NCBI GenBank assembly: GCA_034190085.1 | Contig: JAXHTS010000071.1 | Span: forward strand, 3,032-67,031 | Direction: 5' to 3' | Origin: Spirochaetota bacterium | Lineage (GTDB): Bacteria > Spirochaetota > UBA4802 > JAFGDQ01 | Length of the DNA: 64,000 nt | Shown: in pieces, positions 30,976 through 41,883 of the stretch | Numbering within the stretch: position 1 is the stretch's first letter | How the letters are laid out: every line of letters starts with the position of its first letter | The notes under the pieces: model-generated | The model's input: the letters and a program-made list of their open reading frames with translations, nothing else | Told to the model about the DNA's origin: nothing | Databases searched by the model: none | Position numbers and translations under genes: made by a program

Positions 30976-33183
30976 ATGGGAAACAAGAATATTGTTGTAG
31001 GATTATTGGGGAATCCCAACAGCGGCAAAACTACTATTTTTAATGCTCTAACAGGTGCAAGACAAAAGGTTGCTAACTGGAGTGGAGTAACCGTTGAGAA
31101 GAGGGAGGGAGTTCTGCATCATAATGGATATACAATTAAAGTGGTTGATCTACCTGGCACATACAGTCTTACCTCCTACAGCATTGAGGAGATAATAACC
31201 AGGGATTTTATTATCAATGAGCATCATGATGCAATAATAAATATAGTTGATGCAGGTAATATAGAGCGAAATATGTATCTCACAACACAGCTTATTGAGA
31301 TGGGCACAAGGGTAGTTGTTGCGCTGAATATGTATGATGAAGCCATATCAAAAGGACTAGATATTGATGCGGACAAGCTGGGAACACTCTTAGGAATGCC
31401 GATCATTAAGACTGTTGGAACACGATCAACCGGGATTGAAGAACTAAAAGATGCCGTAATACGAGTTGCTGAAAGGAAAAGCTTAAAGACTAGACACATT
31501 CATGTTAATTATGGATCGGATGTTGAAAAGGAGATACAAAACATACAACAGACGATATGGAGGGTAAAGAAGATAGGGGAGACATATTCCACCCGCTGGC
31601 TCGCAATAAGACTTTTGGAAAGGGACAATGATGTCCAAAGAAAGCTTGCAGATTATCCAAATTATGAAGATATATTAGACCAGGCTGAGAAGAGCAGCAA
31701 AGGGTTAGAGGATAAATTTAAAGACGAAATCGAAACTATATTCACAGAGCTGAGATATGGTTTCATCTCTGGCGCTATTAAGGAATCAGTACAGGAATCG
31801 CACGTTAAACGAACAGATATATCTGAGGCTATTGATAGGATAATAATAAACAAATACCTCGCCTTCCCCATCCTAATAATATTTATGTGTGCCCTTTTTC
31901 AGCTCACCTTCACACTGGGCGAATATCCTATGAGACTTATCGAAAAAGGGATAAACATTATCAGCGCGACAATTGGGGAATACCTTCCTAATGGCCAACT
32001 GAAAAGGATGATAATCGATGGTATCATTGGAGGAGTTGGTGGGGTTATTGTGTTCCTTCCCAACATCCTTATCCTCTTTATGGGAATCAGTTTTATGGAA
32101 GACACCGGGTATATGGCAAGAGCAGCCTTTAAAATGGATAAGATTATGCATAAACTGGGGCTACACGGCAAATCATTCATCTCACTTGTCATGGGATTCG
32201 GCTGCAATGTGCCGGCTATTCTGGCGACTCGATCATTGGAGAACAAGCAGGACAGAATTCTTACAATATTGATAAATCCCTTTATGAGTTGCTCAGCAAG
32301 GCTGCCAGTCTATATTCTATTTGCTGGCACATTTTTTAGAGAACACGCCGGGATTATCATTATTTCTCTGTATCTAATAGGAATTACCCTCTCTTTTTTA
32401 TCAGCAAAGCTATTTAAATTCCTATTTTTTAAGGGTGAATCCACTCCCTTTGTAATGGAATTGCCACCCTACAGAATGCCAACACTCAAGACAACCCTCC
32501 TACATATGTGGGATAGGGGATCGATTTATCTCAGAAAAGTAGGCGGCATAATACTTATATTTTCCATTATCATCTGGATATTGAGTGAATATCCAAAATC
32601 ACCTGATATTGAAAAAAAATACAATAACAAGCTATCCCATATAGACAGGATATTCTCTCTGGATATTCAAAAAGCTATGGATTCCCTCAGCCTAAATTCC
32701 AAAGAATTAGATTCAATAAAAGAAGAACATAGACTTGCCAGAAAAATCCTGATTCGAGAAAAAAAAATTGAGGAAATGAAATACACATTTATTGGCAGAT
32801 TTGGTGATATAGTCTTCCCTTTTATCAAACCACTCGGGTTCAACTGGCAGATGGGAATTTCTCTCTCAACTGGATTTGTAGCAAAGGAGATAGTAGTTAG
32901 CACTATGGGAGTACTCTACCATGCCCCTGATACAGATGCTGATGAAAACAAATATATGTCTTTAGGTGACATACTCAAGAGGGAGGAATTTGGGATTACC
33001 CCATTGATTGCCTACACATTTTTATTATTTGTACTACTCTATATACCATGTCTTGGAACTGTTGTTGTTATAGATAGAGAGGCAGGTTGGCCTTGGGCCT
33101 TATTTTCATTATTTTACCAGATCATTTTGGCATGGGTTGTATGTTTTATATTTTATAATACAGGTCTTTTACTCGAATTTTGA
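30976..33183 (+). CDS. feoB: Ferrous iron transporter FeoB
   Basis: N-terminal G-domain (GNPNSGKTTIFNALTG, DLPGTYSL) followed by the polytopic permease domain. 735 aa. Confidence 0.9.
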   Translation: MGNKNIVVGLLGNPNSGKTTIFNALTGARQKVANWSGVTVEKREGVLHHNGYTIKVVDLPGTYSLTSYSIEEIITRDFIINEHHDAIINIVDAGNIERNMYLTTQLIEMGTRVVVALNMYDEAISKGLDIDADKLGTLLGMPIIKTVGTRSTGIEELKDAVIRVAERKSLKTRHIHVNYGSDVEKEIQNIQQTIWRVKKIGETYSTRWLAIRLLERDNDVQRKLADYPNYEDILDQAEKSSKGLEDKFKDEIETIFTELRYGFISGAIKESVQESHVKRTDISEAIDRIIINKYLAFPILIIFMCALFQLTFTLGEYPMRLIEKGINIISATIGEYLPNGQLKRMIIDGIIGGVGGVIVFLPNILILFMGISFMEDTGYMARAAFKMDKIMHKLGLHGKSFISLVMGFGCNVPAILATRSLENKQDRILTILINPFMSCSARLPVYILFAGTFFREHAGIIIISLYLIGITLSFLSAKLFKFLFFKGESTPFVMELPPYRMPTLKTTLLHMWDRGSIYLRKVGGIILIFSIIIWILSEYPKSPDIEKKYNNKLSHIDRIFSLDIQKAMDSLSLNSKELDSIKEEHRLARKILIREKKIEEMKYTFIGRFGDIVFPFIKPLGFNWQMGISLSTGFVAKEIVVSTMGVLYHAPDTDADENKYMSLGDILKREEFGITPLIAYTFLLFVLLYIPCLGTVVVIDREAGWPWALFSLFYQIILAWVVCFIFYNTGLLLEF

Positions 33184-33546
33184 AATAATGAATACAATTA
33201 CTGAATTATGTTTTGCTTTTAGTCAAAAGATATTTCACCATTCCTTTTCTTATGACCTCGAAATAGAAATTGAAAGACATTGTTTCAGAAATACATCCAT
33301 ATAAATGAAAGGATGTTTATGCATCTAACAGTACAGCGTATTTAACATCTCTACAAAAGTGGGAAGGTCTATAAAGACTACACTAAAATGAGAAAAAAGA
33401 GATTTCTGCTACCAATGGAATGATATAAGATTGACATTGTTATTTCTAAAATCAAGATGAGCCGAATTACATTTAAAAACTTGCTTGAAAATCTAATTTA
33501 AAACATTATAGATGACATATTACACTACAATTACCAGAATATTGAA

Positions 33547-33909
33547 ATGGCAAAGACATATAAACAAATTGAAGATCACATAGTGAATAGCATCATTGGT
33601 GAAGGATCTGAATTCAGGGGAGAATTCACTATAAATGGACTCTTAAGAATAGACGGAAAATTCAAGGGCACCATTGAAACCGATGGTAAGGTATTGATTG
33701 GGCAAACAGGTGAGGCGATAACAGATATAAAAGCACGGATTGTGATTGTAGGAGGCATTGTCAGGGGGAATATCTTTGCTACTGAAAGGGTTATTATGTT
33801 GTCATCAGGGCAAATAAAGGGAAACATAATAACGCCAAGTATCATTATGGAAGAGGGAGTCGTCTTTGATGGCAACTGCACAATAAATGAAAGGATTGAT
33901 GACATATGA
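33547..33909 (+). CDS. Bactofilin (polymer-forming beta-helical cytoskeletal protein)
   Basis: 120 aa with repetitive beta-helix windings (G.I.G...G.V.G.I, GKFKGTIETDGKVLIGQTGE...). Confidence 0.65.
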   Translation: MAKTYKQIEDHIVNSIIGEGSEFRGEFTINGLLRIDGKFKGTIETDGKVLIGQTGEAITDIKARIVIVGGIVRGNIFATERVIMLSSGQIKGNIITPSIIMEEGVVFDGNCTINERIDDI

Positions 33910-34355
33910 TTAATATTACATCAACAAACCCCAAAAAGAATGAGAATACGAAGATAAAAACCAAAAAGCATTCCCAGCAGATAAAACATAAGGAAGCAAC
34001 ATTCAAATCGGCCTTACAGAGTACATTCTCATCTAATTTTCAGGGTACCATTGAAGATCTTCTAAATGATCTGAGAGAAGAAGAAAAGCGCTTTATAGAT
34101 AATCAATCGCTAAACAACCTAGAGAGATATAAAGGAATAGTACAACAGATCCTGAAAAAAATCCTTGATAAGGGCTTTGATACTAAGACCCTGAGGAGTT
34201 GTAAAAGGGATAGAGCTGATTTCATTATAGTTCAGGAGATCAATTCACAATTAATCCAAATATCATCAGCTATAACTCATCGGACAAACAGCGCCTTCAA
34301 CCTGTTAAAGAAAATTGAAGAGGTACGTGGACTTATATTTGATCTCTTATATTGA
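33906..34355 (+). CDS. YaaR/DUF327-like small protein (149 aa)
   Basis: Size, charged helical composition and position immediately upstream of holB and the PSP1 gene match the yaaR-holB-yaaT synteny of Bacillus subtilis. 4-bp ATGA overlap with the bactofilin gene. The assignment is by synteny, not motif. Confidence 0.3.
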   Translation: MINITSTNPKKNENTKIKTKKHSQQIKHKEATFKSALQSTFSSNFQGTIEDLLNDLREEEKRFIDNQSLNNLERYKGIVQQILKKILDKGFDTKTLRSCKRDRADFIIVQEINSQLIQISSAITHRTNSAFNLLKKIEEVRGLIFDLLY

Positions 34356-34462
34356 TCTTTCATGATGCAGAGTATGAGAAATCGACAATCCATAATGTGA
34401 CAATTATTGTGATAACTCAATAAAAACCGTCATAAGCAAAGGCACTGATATAACCAAATATA

Positions 34463-35479
34463 ATGAATACCACTGGGATAATAGGGCATCAGAGTCAAAT
34501 TAATAGGTTAGATTTAATTCTGAAAAGTCGAAATATCCCCAACACGATTTTATTCAGCGGACCTCCCAGCATTGGCAAAAGGACAATTGCACTTCGATTC
34601 CTAAATGCCCTCTTCTGCGAAAGCAACAATCCACCATGTTTAAATTGCTCAGCTTGCAATCAGATTGCCAAGGGAATTCTACCCGATCTTATAGCGATAT
34701 CTCCAAATGATAAGGGAATAATACCAATTGGAGATAGAAATAAGAGAGAAGCTGGAAGCATCAGATGGCTTATTGAGAGGACATCCAGAAAATCATTCTT
34801 TAACAAAACCGGAGTTCTTATAGATAGGGTTGATAGAGCCACTGAGGAGGGACAGAATGCGCTCCTAAAAAGTATTGAGGAGCCCGGGGACTCCCTTTTT
34901 ATTATACTGATCACCTCAAATAGGACGAAACTACTCCCTACAATATTATCAAGGTGTTTCGAGATTCGGTATTCACACCTTTCAAAGGAAGAAATATTGA
35001 AAATAATAGAATGTGAGGATTTACCTCAGCATGATCTTGATTTTATTGCTGATATCTCAGGTGGATCAGTAGAAATCGCTCTATTGCTTTTAAACAAGGA
35101 TATCCGATTTGAAATATTAAAGATCTGCAATGAAATTTCATCATTCCTTAACGAGAAGACCATTCTTAATTTAAACTTTGAGATAATGAAGAAGAATATC
35201 AGCATCGATCTTTTATTGAAGATAATAACAAACATCTACAGACATAACCTATTATCTTTAATCTCTGACAATAAAAATGACCCCAACATTGATGGGATTT
35301 ATATTAAGGATGATCAAAAGTTATTTGCTTTGCTTAAAATACTACTTGTCTTGGGAAGGGGCGCTATCTATAATTTGAAACCCGAAATTGCGTTAAAGGG
35401 CATGCTGCATGCACTATATAATAATTCTTTTGAAGACATGTCAATGTTGAAGGTCCCTAATCTTGTTTTAGGAGGATAA
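34463..35479 (+). CDS. holB: DNA polymerase III delta-prime subunit
   Basis: AAA+ P-loop-like GPPSIGKRTIA. Zn module CLNCSACNQIAKG. Sensor motifs. 338 aa. Confidence 0.8.
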   Translation: MNTTGIIGHQSQINRLDLILKSRNIPNTILFSGPPSIGKRTIALRFLNALFCESNNPPCLNCSACNQIAKGILPDLIAISPNDKGIIPIGDRNKREAGSIRWLIERTSRKSFFNKTGVLIDRVDRATEEGQNALLKSIEEPGDSLFIILITSNRTKLLPTILSRCFEIRYSHLSKEEILKIIECEDLPQHDLDFIADISGGSVEIALLLLNKDIRFEILKICNEISSFLNEKTILNLNFEIMKKNISIDLLLKIITNIYRHNLLSLISDNKNDPNIDGIYIKDDQKLFALLKILLVLGRGAIYNLKPEIALKGMLHALYNNSFEDMSMLKVPNLVLGG

Positions 35480-35484
35480 AGCCT

Positions 35485-36342
35485 ATGTTTGTCACTGGTG
35501 TAAGGCTGAGAAATTGTTATCAAATATGCTATGTGGAGACAGAGAATTCAACTGTAAAAATAGGATGTAATTACATTATAGAGACTGAACATGGAATTGA
35601 TATTGGAAGAATCTGCAAATGTCCATGTCATATAAAAGACAATGATATTGAAAAGAATGGCAGACTAATCCGAGAATCAACTCATGATGATAATATGATT
35701 CTACCTGATATTCAAAACATTGAGGGGAAGGCCTTTCATCTCTGCAAAGAGAAGGCAAGGCAAAGGCAATTAGATATGAAACTGATATCAGTAAAATGCC
35801 TTTTTGATAAGACCAAGATCATTTTCTATTTTGTTTCTGAGAACAGGGTTGATTTCAGGGAGCTTGTGAAGGATTTAGCTGCTGTTTGCAAAACAAGAAT
35901 TGAGATGAGACAAATAGGAGTAAGGGATGAAGCAAGACTGATTGGAGGATTCGGCCCCTGTGGAAGAGAATTCTGTTGTGTTCATCTGCAGGAAGGATTT
36001 GCCCCGGTTTCAATAAAAATGGCAAAGGAACAGAATATAAACCTCAATTCACAAAAGATTTCTGGGATGTGCGGTCGACTTTTATGTTGCCTTGGCTATG
36101 AATATGATGTCTACAAAGAACTTAATCAGGATATACCCCCTCAAGGCACAAGGGTTATGCTAGGTGATAAATTCTATGTAATAGAGTTTATTGATACATT
36201 AAAGAGACATGTTGGAATAAGATATGAGAACTCCTTTATTGAAATTTCCATCGATGACATTGTGTATAAAGGCAATAAATACCATATTAATCCAGATGTA
36301 ATACAGAGCGACTCTAATATACAAGATGGAGTCGATTCATAA
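35485..36342 (+). CDS. PSP1 C-terminal-domain protein (YaaT/RicT-like)
   Basis: 285 aa. Cys-rich motifs (CGREFCCV..., MCGRLLCCLGYEYD) are typical of the PSP1/RicT family. Conserved position after holB. Confidence 0.7.
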   Translation: MFVTGVRLRNCYQICYVETENSTVKIGCNYIIETEHGIDIGRICKCPCHIKDNDIEKNGRLIRESTHDDNMILPDIQNIEGKAFHLCKEKARQRQLDMKLISVKCLFDKTKIIFYFVSENRVDFRELVKDLAAVCKTRIEMRQIGVRDEARLIGGFGPCGREFCCVHLQEGFAPVSIKMAKEQNINLNSQKISGMCGRLLCCLGYEYDVYKELNQDIPPQGTRVMLGDKFYVIEFIDTLKRHVGIRYENSFIEISIDDIVYKGNKYHINPDVIQSDSNIQDGVDS

Positions 36343-36388
36343 AATGATGACAACTATCTATTGTATAAATTCACCAAAGAGGTCTTAA

Positions 36389-38281
36389 ATGAATAAATGT
36401 TTCTATATTACTACTCCAATATATTATGTCAACGCTGAACCCCATATTGGACATGCTTATTCCACTATTTTGGCAGATTTTCTTAATAGATTCTATCAAA
36501 TGTTGGACTACACTTCGTATTTTTTAACTGGTACTGATGAACATGGCACCAAGATATTGGAGGCAGCCATACACAATAATTGCAGCGCTCAAGAATATGC
36601 GGACAGGATCAGCCAACTCTTTAGGCAGACATGGACTGATATGGATATCAGGTTTGATGATTTTATCAGAACAACAGAGGAGAGACACAAAAGGGTTGTA
36701 CACCTGATACTACAGAGGATCTATGATAACGGAGATATCTATTTTGGGAGTTATGGTGGGGATTATTGTGTCGGTTGTGAAAGATTTATTGCTGCAAAGG
36801 ATATTATTGATGGGAAGTGCCCTGAACACAATAAGGAGTTAGAGTACATTGAAGAGAATAATTACTTTTTCAAAATGAGCAGATATCAGGACTGGCTTGT
36901 TAATCATATAAAAAATACACCTGGTTTCATTAGACCTGAGAGGTATAAGAATGAGGTTTTATCTATTATAGAGGGAGATATTCTTGAGGATCTATGTATC
37001 TCCAGACCCAGATCACGCCTTGAATGGGGCATTCCCCTTCCATTTGATGATAATTATGTAACCTATGTGTGGTCTGACGCGCTGATAAACTATATAAGCG
37101 CGATTGGATATCCTGATGATGATAGATTCAGGAAATACTGGCCAGTTTCACAACATATAATTGCTAAGGATATCCTCAAACCTCATGGTATATTCTGGCC
37201 TACAATGCTTAAAGCAGCGGGTATTGAGCCATACAAACATCTCAATGTGCATGGTTACTGGAATATGGATGAGGCCAAGATGTCGAAAAGCCTTGGCAAT
37301 GTGGTGAATCCAAAGGAATTAATAAAAAAATATGGAAATGATCAGATAAGGTATTTCTTCTTAAGGGAAATGACCTTTGGATTGGATGCCAAATTTTCTG
37401 AAGAGGCGATTATTAATAGAATCAACTATGATCTGGCCAACGACCTGGGCAACCTGATAAAAAGAACATTTAATATGATAGAAAAATATTTTAATAACCG
37501 AATACCTCCCTTTTGTCCCCAATATCCTATGGGCAGGATTCAATTGTCAGAAAATCTGAAGAGTTCAATGAAGGAATATATTAAGAATGTTGAAAAATTT
37601 CAATTTAGCATTGGGCTTGAGAGGCTCTGGGAGTTTGTCAGATCCTTAAACAAATATATTGATGAGAATAAGCCGTGGGAATTGGCCAAGGATGAGAAGA
37701 GATCTGCCCTCTCTTCAACACTCCGAAACTTGCTAGAATCTATTCACAGCATCTCTATATTGCTATCGCCTGTATGTATAAACATCTCCCCAAAGATTAT
37801 CGACGCCCTGAATGCAAAAAATGCTAATAGAGACATAAATGAAATTATATCATTGAACCTACTTGAAGATAACCAGGAGATAAAGGATATTGGTGTCCTC
37901 TTCCCCCGACATATTAAAGAAAAAAAAGAGAATGTTTCAGATGTTAATGAAGGCCTAATTGATATAAGCGATTTTGAAAAAGTTGACATCAGAGTGGCAA
38001 AGATTCTCGAGGCCTCTAAAATCGAGGGATCAGATAATCTGCTTCAGCTAAAGGTTGATTCAGGCCATGACACAAGAACAATAATTGCAGGTATAGCAAA
38101 ATTTTACTTGCCAGAAAATCTTATTGACAAAAAAATACTACTCGTCGCTAATCTGAAGGTCGCTACCATCTTTAAACGCAAATCCTATGGTATGCTTTTA
38201 GCGGCCAGGAATAAAAAGGATAAAAAACCGATACTAATAGAAATTGATGAAAAAATCCCTGTTGGTGCGAGATTATCATAG
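36389..38281 (+). CDS. metG: Methionyl-tRNA synthetase with a C-terminal tRNA-binding (EMAP/Trbp111-like) domain
   Basis: HIGH motif (PHIGHAYS), KMSKS motif, Zn knuckle (CVGCERF...CPEHN) and a C-terminal OB-fold domain. Confidence 0.9.
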   Translation: MNKCFYITTPIYYVNAEPHIGHAYSTILADFLNRFYQMLDYTSYFLTGTDEHGTKILEAAIHNNCSAQEYADRISQLFRQTWTDMDIRFDDFIRTTEERHKRVVHLILQRIYDNGDIYFGSYGGDYCVGCERFIAAKDIIDGKCPEHNKELEYIEENNYFFKMSRYQDWLVNHIKNTPGFIRPERYKNEVLSIIEGDILEDLCISRPRSRLEWGIPLPFDDNYVTYVWSDALINYISAIGYPDDDRFRKYWPVSQHIIAKDILKPHGIFWPTMLKAAGIEPYKHLNVHGYWNMDEAKMSKSLGNVVNPKELIKKYGNDQIRYFFLREMTFGLDAKFSEEAIINRINYDLANDLGNLIKRTFNMIEKYFNNRIPPFCPQYPMGRIQLSENLKSSMKEYIKNVEKFQFSIGLERLWEFVRSLNKYIDENKPWELAKDEKRSALSSTLRNLLESIHSISILLSPVCINISPKIIDALNAKNANRDINEIISLNLLEDNQEIKDIGVLFPRHIKEKKENVSDVNEGLIDISDFEKVDIRVAKILEASKIEGSDNLLQLKVDSGHDTRTIIAGIAKFYLPENLIDKKILLVANLKVATIFKRKSYGMLLAARNKKDKKPILIEIDEKIPVGARLS

Positions 38282-38345
38282 ATTCAATTACTTTCTTTAA
38301 AAAATTTCCTTCTTAATACAGCAACAGAGTAGAGGGAGCAATAAA

Positions 38346-38834
38346 ATGAAAATAGGACTTATATCCGACACACACAACAACATAGACATAACTAAAAGGG
38401 CTGTTGAAGTCTTTAAAGAAAGAAACGTTGATATGGTAATTCATGGGGGTGATCTGACCTCTCCAAGGATGATAGACCTTTTCAAGGAGTTGAGTTGTAT
38501 ATTTATTCTTGGCAATGGAGATTTTGAAGTTGAATTGATAAACAAAAAATCCAGGAATCTTGGATTTGCCGCAGCTCAATACTCTTGTGATCTTAAACTA
38601 GATAATAAACGATTATTTGCGATGCATGGAAATGATGCCAAAACAATTAAAGACGTTATTCGATCAGGCGAATATGATTATATAATTAAAGGTCATACGC
38701 ATTGTTATGAAAATTACATATCCAACAATACAAGGGTAATTAATCCTGGCTCATTACAGGATGGAAAAGAAAATTTCATTGCTATTCTAAACACTGGGGA
38801 TGATGAGGTAGATAAGATTAGAATCGAGGTTTAA
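38346..38834 (+). CDS. Calcineurin-like metallophosphoesterase, YfcE/MJ0936 family
   Basis: Motifs DTHNN, GGDLTSP, GNGDFE, GHTH. Confidence 0.7.
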   Translation: MKIGLISDTHNNIDITKRAVEVFKERNVDMVIHGGDLTSPRMIDLFKELSCIFILGNGDFEVELINKKSRNLGFAAAQYSCDLKLDNKRLFAMHGNDAKTIKDVIRSGEYDYIIKGHTHCYENYISNNTRVINPGSLQDGKENFIAILNTGDDEVDKIRIEV

Positions 38835-39703
38835 CATCTATCTAAAATCTCCATTATCCTATCAAAATCATCCAGCGAATAATAACTTATCTCTATTCGT
38901 CCTCCCTCGCCAATGTGTTTTATCTCCACCTTAGTCCCAAGAATAGAAATAAGTCTATCCTCCAAAATTTTAATATGCGGGTCCTTAGATATTGATTTCC
39001 TGTTAGATCTATTCTTCTCACCCTTTTCATTCTCCACTATTCTTTCAACATCCCTTACGGATAACTTGTTTCTAATTATCTCATTGCAGAGTGGGATCTG
39101 TCTCTTTGCAGATACAGATAGTAAAACCTTTGCATGACCAATACTGATTTTTCCATCTGAGATAGCCTGTTGAATCTCATCTGGGAGGTTCAACAACCTC
39201 AGGATATTCGCAATCGTAGCCCTTTCCTTTCCCACCCTTGTGGCTATATCCTGCTGTTTCAAATTAAACCTATCAATTAAGACTCTGTAAGCTCTTGCCT
39301 CCTCAATGGGATCTAAATCCTTCCTCTGTATATTCTCAATCAAGGCAATAGTAAGGTTTTTCTCCTCCTCAGCATGGATAATAATTGATCTAATCTTATC
39401 TAAACACGCCAGCTTAGCGGCTCTGAGTCTTCTCTCTCCAGCAACAACATAGTAATCCTCTTCATTCTTCCTGACTATAATTGGTTGTATAATTCCAAAA
39501 GACTCTATGGATTCAGCCAAACCCCTTATCTCATCCTCATCAAAGTATGTTCTGGGTTGATCAGGATTAGGTTTAATTATATCAATAGGAATATCTACAA
39601 TTCTATCCCCTTCATGGAGTATATTCTCCTCAAATTCATCAACGATCGTGGTTGAACTGGATATTATCGCTCCGAGTCCCTTTCCCAAAACCCTTTTAGC
39701 CAT
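38831..39703 (-). CDS. parB: Chromosome partitioning protein ParB/Spo0J
   Basis: ParB box with the CTPase motif GERRLRA, plus an HTH. 8-bp overlap with parA. Confidence 0.85.
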   Translation of the reverse strand: MAKRVLGKGLGAIISSSTTIVDEFEENILHEGDRIVDIPIDIIKPNPDQPRTYFDEDEIRGLAESIESFGIIQPIIVRKNEEDYYVVAGERRLRAAKLACLDKIRSIIIHAEEEKNLTIALIENIQRKDLDPIEEARAYRVLIDRFNLKQQDIATRVGKERATIANILRLLNLPDEIQQAISDGKISIGHAKVLLSVSAKRQIPLCNEIIRNKLSVRDVERIVENEKGEKNRSNRKSISKDPHIKILEDRLISILGTKVEIKHIGEGGRIEISYYSLDDFDRIMEILDRC

Positions 39704-40457
39704 TTCTTAATACCTCTTCAGCAAGTCTCTCATAACTTTGACTACCTACGCTCTTTCTATCATAATGACCTATCGGTTTACCGAATGATGGGGCTTCAGA
39801 GAGTTTAACATTCCTCGGAACAATTGTATTCAAAACCTTATCTCTGAAATGCTTCCTAACATCTGAGACAACCTGTTGTGAAAGATTGGTTCGCGAATCA
39901 TACATAGTAAGGATTACGCCTTCTAACCTAAGCTTTTTATTCAAATTCTCCTGCACAATTGCAATAACCTTCAATAACTGACCCAATCCCTCAAGGGCAT
40001 AGTATTCACACTGCAAAGGGATAAGAACTGAATCAGCTGCGACAAGACTGTTGATTGTTAAGATACCTAAAGAGGGCGGACAATCTATAAAAAAGATATC
40101 AAAGTCATGCTTTATCCTACTTATTGCCCTTTTTAAAATGAACTCACGATTCTTTTCATTTAAAAGTTCAATCTGTGCTCCTGAAAGATCTATATTTGAG
40201 GGAATAATATAGAGATTTTCTATTCCACTCTTTACTATGGCATCTTCTATTTGAACCTGCCCTATCAATACATCATAAATAGTGGTATCTAACTCTTTGG
40301 TGTTAATTCCAAGCCCATAACCAGCATTTGCTTGAGGATCGATGTCAATAATCAATACCCTCTGACCCTTCTCAGCCAGAAAGGCTGAAAGATTTATTGA
40401 TGTCGTCGTCTTCCCCACACCACCCTTTTGATTTGAAACAGATATTACCCTACCCAT
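39696..40457 (-). CDS. parA: Chromosome partitioning ATPase ParA/Soj
   Basis: Deviant Walker [12 protein letters not shown]. 253 aa. Confidence 0.85.
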   Translation of the reverse strand: MGRVISVSNQKGGVGKTTTSINLSAFLAEKGQRVLIIDIDPQANAGYGLGINTKELDTTIYDVLIGQVQIEDAIVKSGIENLYIIPSNIDLSGAQIELLNEKNREFILKRAISRIKHDFDIFFIDCPPSLGILTINSLVAADSVLIPLQCEYYALEGLGQLLKVIAIVQENLNKKLRLEGVILTMYDSRTNLSQQVVSDVRKHFRDKVLNTIVPRNVKLSEAPSFGKPIGHYDRKSVGSQSYERLAEEVLRNG

Positions 40458-40674
40458 TTATTATCCTTGTTGAAGTCAATTACACCTATCCTGATTTAAT
40501 CATCATCAATACAGCTCATATATGGGAAAATTTCTTCCAGTATACCCCTTCTTTTACGGAAAAAAGGGACCCAATAGGATTGGACCTCTCCCCAAATAGG
40601 CAAATTGACATCCGTCTCTTATACCTTTGGTTATGTATTAAATGCTATTAACACAATATAAGATAGGATTGCAA

Positions 40675-41877
40675 CTATTTTTGTCTTATTCTTCCGTGAA
40701 ATTTTCTAGGAGCAACCATCTTCTCAATCCTATAAATAATAAATATAACTACACAGACAAGAAGTGCTAAAAGCCCCTTTTGGTAATATGGTAGGAATCG
40801 TGAACCCCTAGCTGATAGAATTCCATAAGCTCCGGATTCAATTTTGGTGGAGGGGTATACCTTCAGGATGTGATAACCTTCTAATTCAGCATCTATATTC
40901 AAATAGAATTCCCCTTCAGAGGGATCTAAAGAAATTATTAACCTATCATCCATATCAAAAAGATCAACCTGGAAGAGACCCGCCCTGGAGTCAAAATAGA
41001 TAGTGTTCTTTCCCCTTGATAAATAAATTCTGTAGGTCCTACTGCTCTCCCATCCCCTAACGGAATCGACAATTGAACTGCTGACATCCTGTTCCCATTT
41101 GTCAGCTATATCTATTAAGTTACTAAGTATATGCCTGTATGAAATTCTGTAGATCATATACCTCAACAACTCTCTATTGTATCCCTTATTATGATAACTG
41201 GTATACAGGGCCTCTCCCTCTCCCCTCTTAAGGATTGAGATGATTGGACCAAATTTAATACCCTTTGGTGTCTCAAAGGAGCCTTCAGCAACAACCTCCG
41301 CCTCTTTAACAGACTTAACTGCAATCCATCCCTGATGAAACATATAAAGGGCTAATTTTTCATTCCTGCAAAAGCAATATAACTCATCCTTTAGCTCAAG
41401 GGTTACCCTACCAGCCATTCCCATATTCGGAAAGTCATCGAAAAATTCAAAGGGTTTTAAAGAACCCTGAAGAAATTCATATGAATAACCAGAGAAATAC
41501 CCCACCCCCCCATCATGAATAAAAGATTTAATATTATTACAAATTTTTTCTCTATTTACTTCAGAAATGTCGTTTTTCAATAAAACTGCCTGAACCTTAG
41601 TCCCTCTTGAAAGAATATTCACGTTAGTCTCGATTGGCTTATACATCCCACAGGGAAAAAAAATTGCCCTATATTTATTATATATCTCCTCATTCTCAAG
41701 ATCATGACATTTTATCAAATGATATGGAATTCCATATCTTCTTAAAGCCCTCTCAACCCTATCAAATTTACCTTTAACTACCGCAATCCCTTTGATATCA
41801 TTTGTAGCAAAAAGTTTATTTAGGGGAAAAAATAACAGAAGGTGGGAAATAATAATTAAATAATGTAACAATTTCAC
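40675..41877 (-). CDS. Exported hypothetical protein with a C-terminal TM anchor and basic tail (400 aa)
   Basis: Signal peptide MKLLHYLIIISHLLLFFPLNKLFA. C-terminal hydrophobic helix GLLALLVCVVIFIIY followed by RIEKMVAPRKFHGRIRQK. An internal HDGGVGYFSGYS motif is faintly reminiscent of GATase1/ThuA-like folds; that is speculative. 6-bp gap to the upstream gene. Confidence 0.4.
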   Translation of the reverse strand: MKLLHYLIIISHLLLFFPLNKLFATNDIKGIAVVKGKFDRVERALRRYGIPYHLIKCHDLENEEIYNKYRAIFFPCGMYKPIETNVNILSRGTKVQAVLLKNDISEVNREKICNNIKSFIHDGGVGYFSGYSYEFLQGSLKPFEFFDDFPNMGMAGRVTLELKDELYCFCRNEKLALYMFHQGWIAVKSVKEAEVVAEGSFETPKGIKFGPIISILKRGEGEALYTSYHNKGYNRELLRYMIYRISYRHILSNLIDIADKWEQDVSSSIVDSVRGWESSRTYRIYLSRGKNTIYFDSRAGLFQVDLFDMDDRLIISLDPSEGEFYLNIDAELEGYHILKVYPSTKIESGAYGILSARGSRFLPYYQKGLLALLVCVVIFIIYRIEKMVAPRKFHGRIRQK

Positions 41878-41883
41878 GATCGG

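Noticed and set aside
38831-40457. parS site (TGTTTCACGTGAAACA-like) in or near parAB
   Set aside because: Only a weak partial match was seen by eye inside parB (CTGTTTCAAATTAAACC). There is no convincing 16-bp palindrome. A proper PWM scan is needed.
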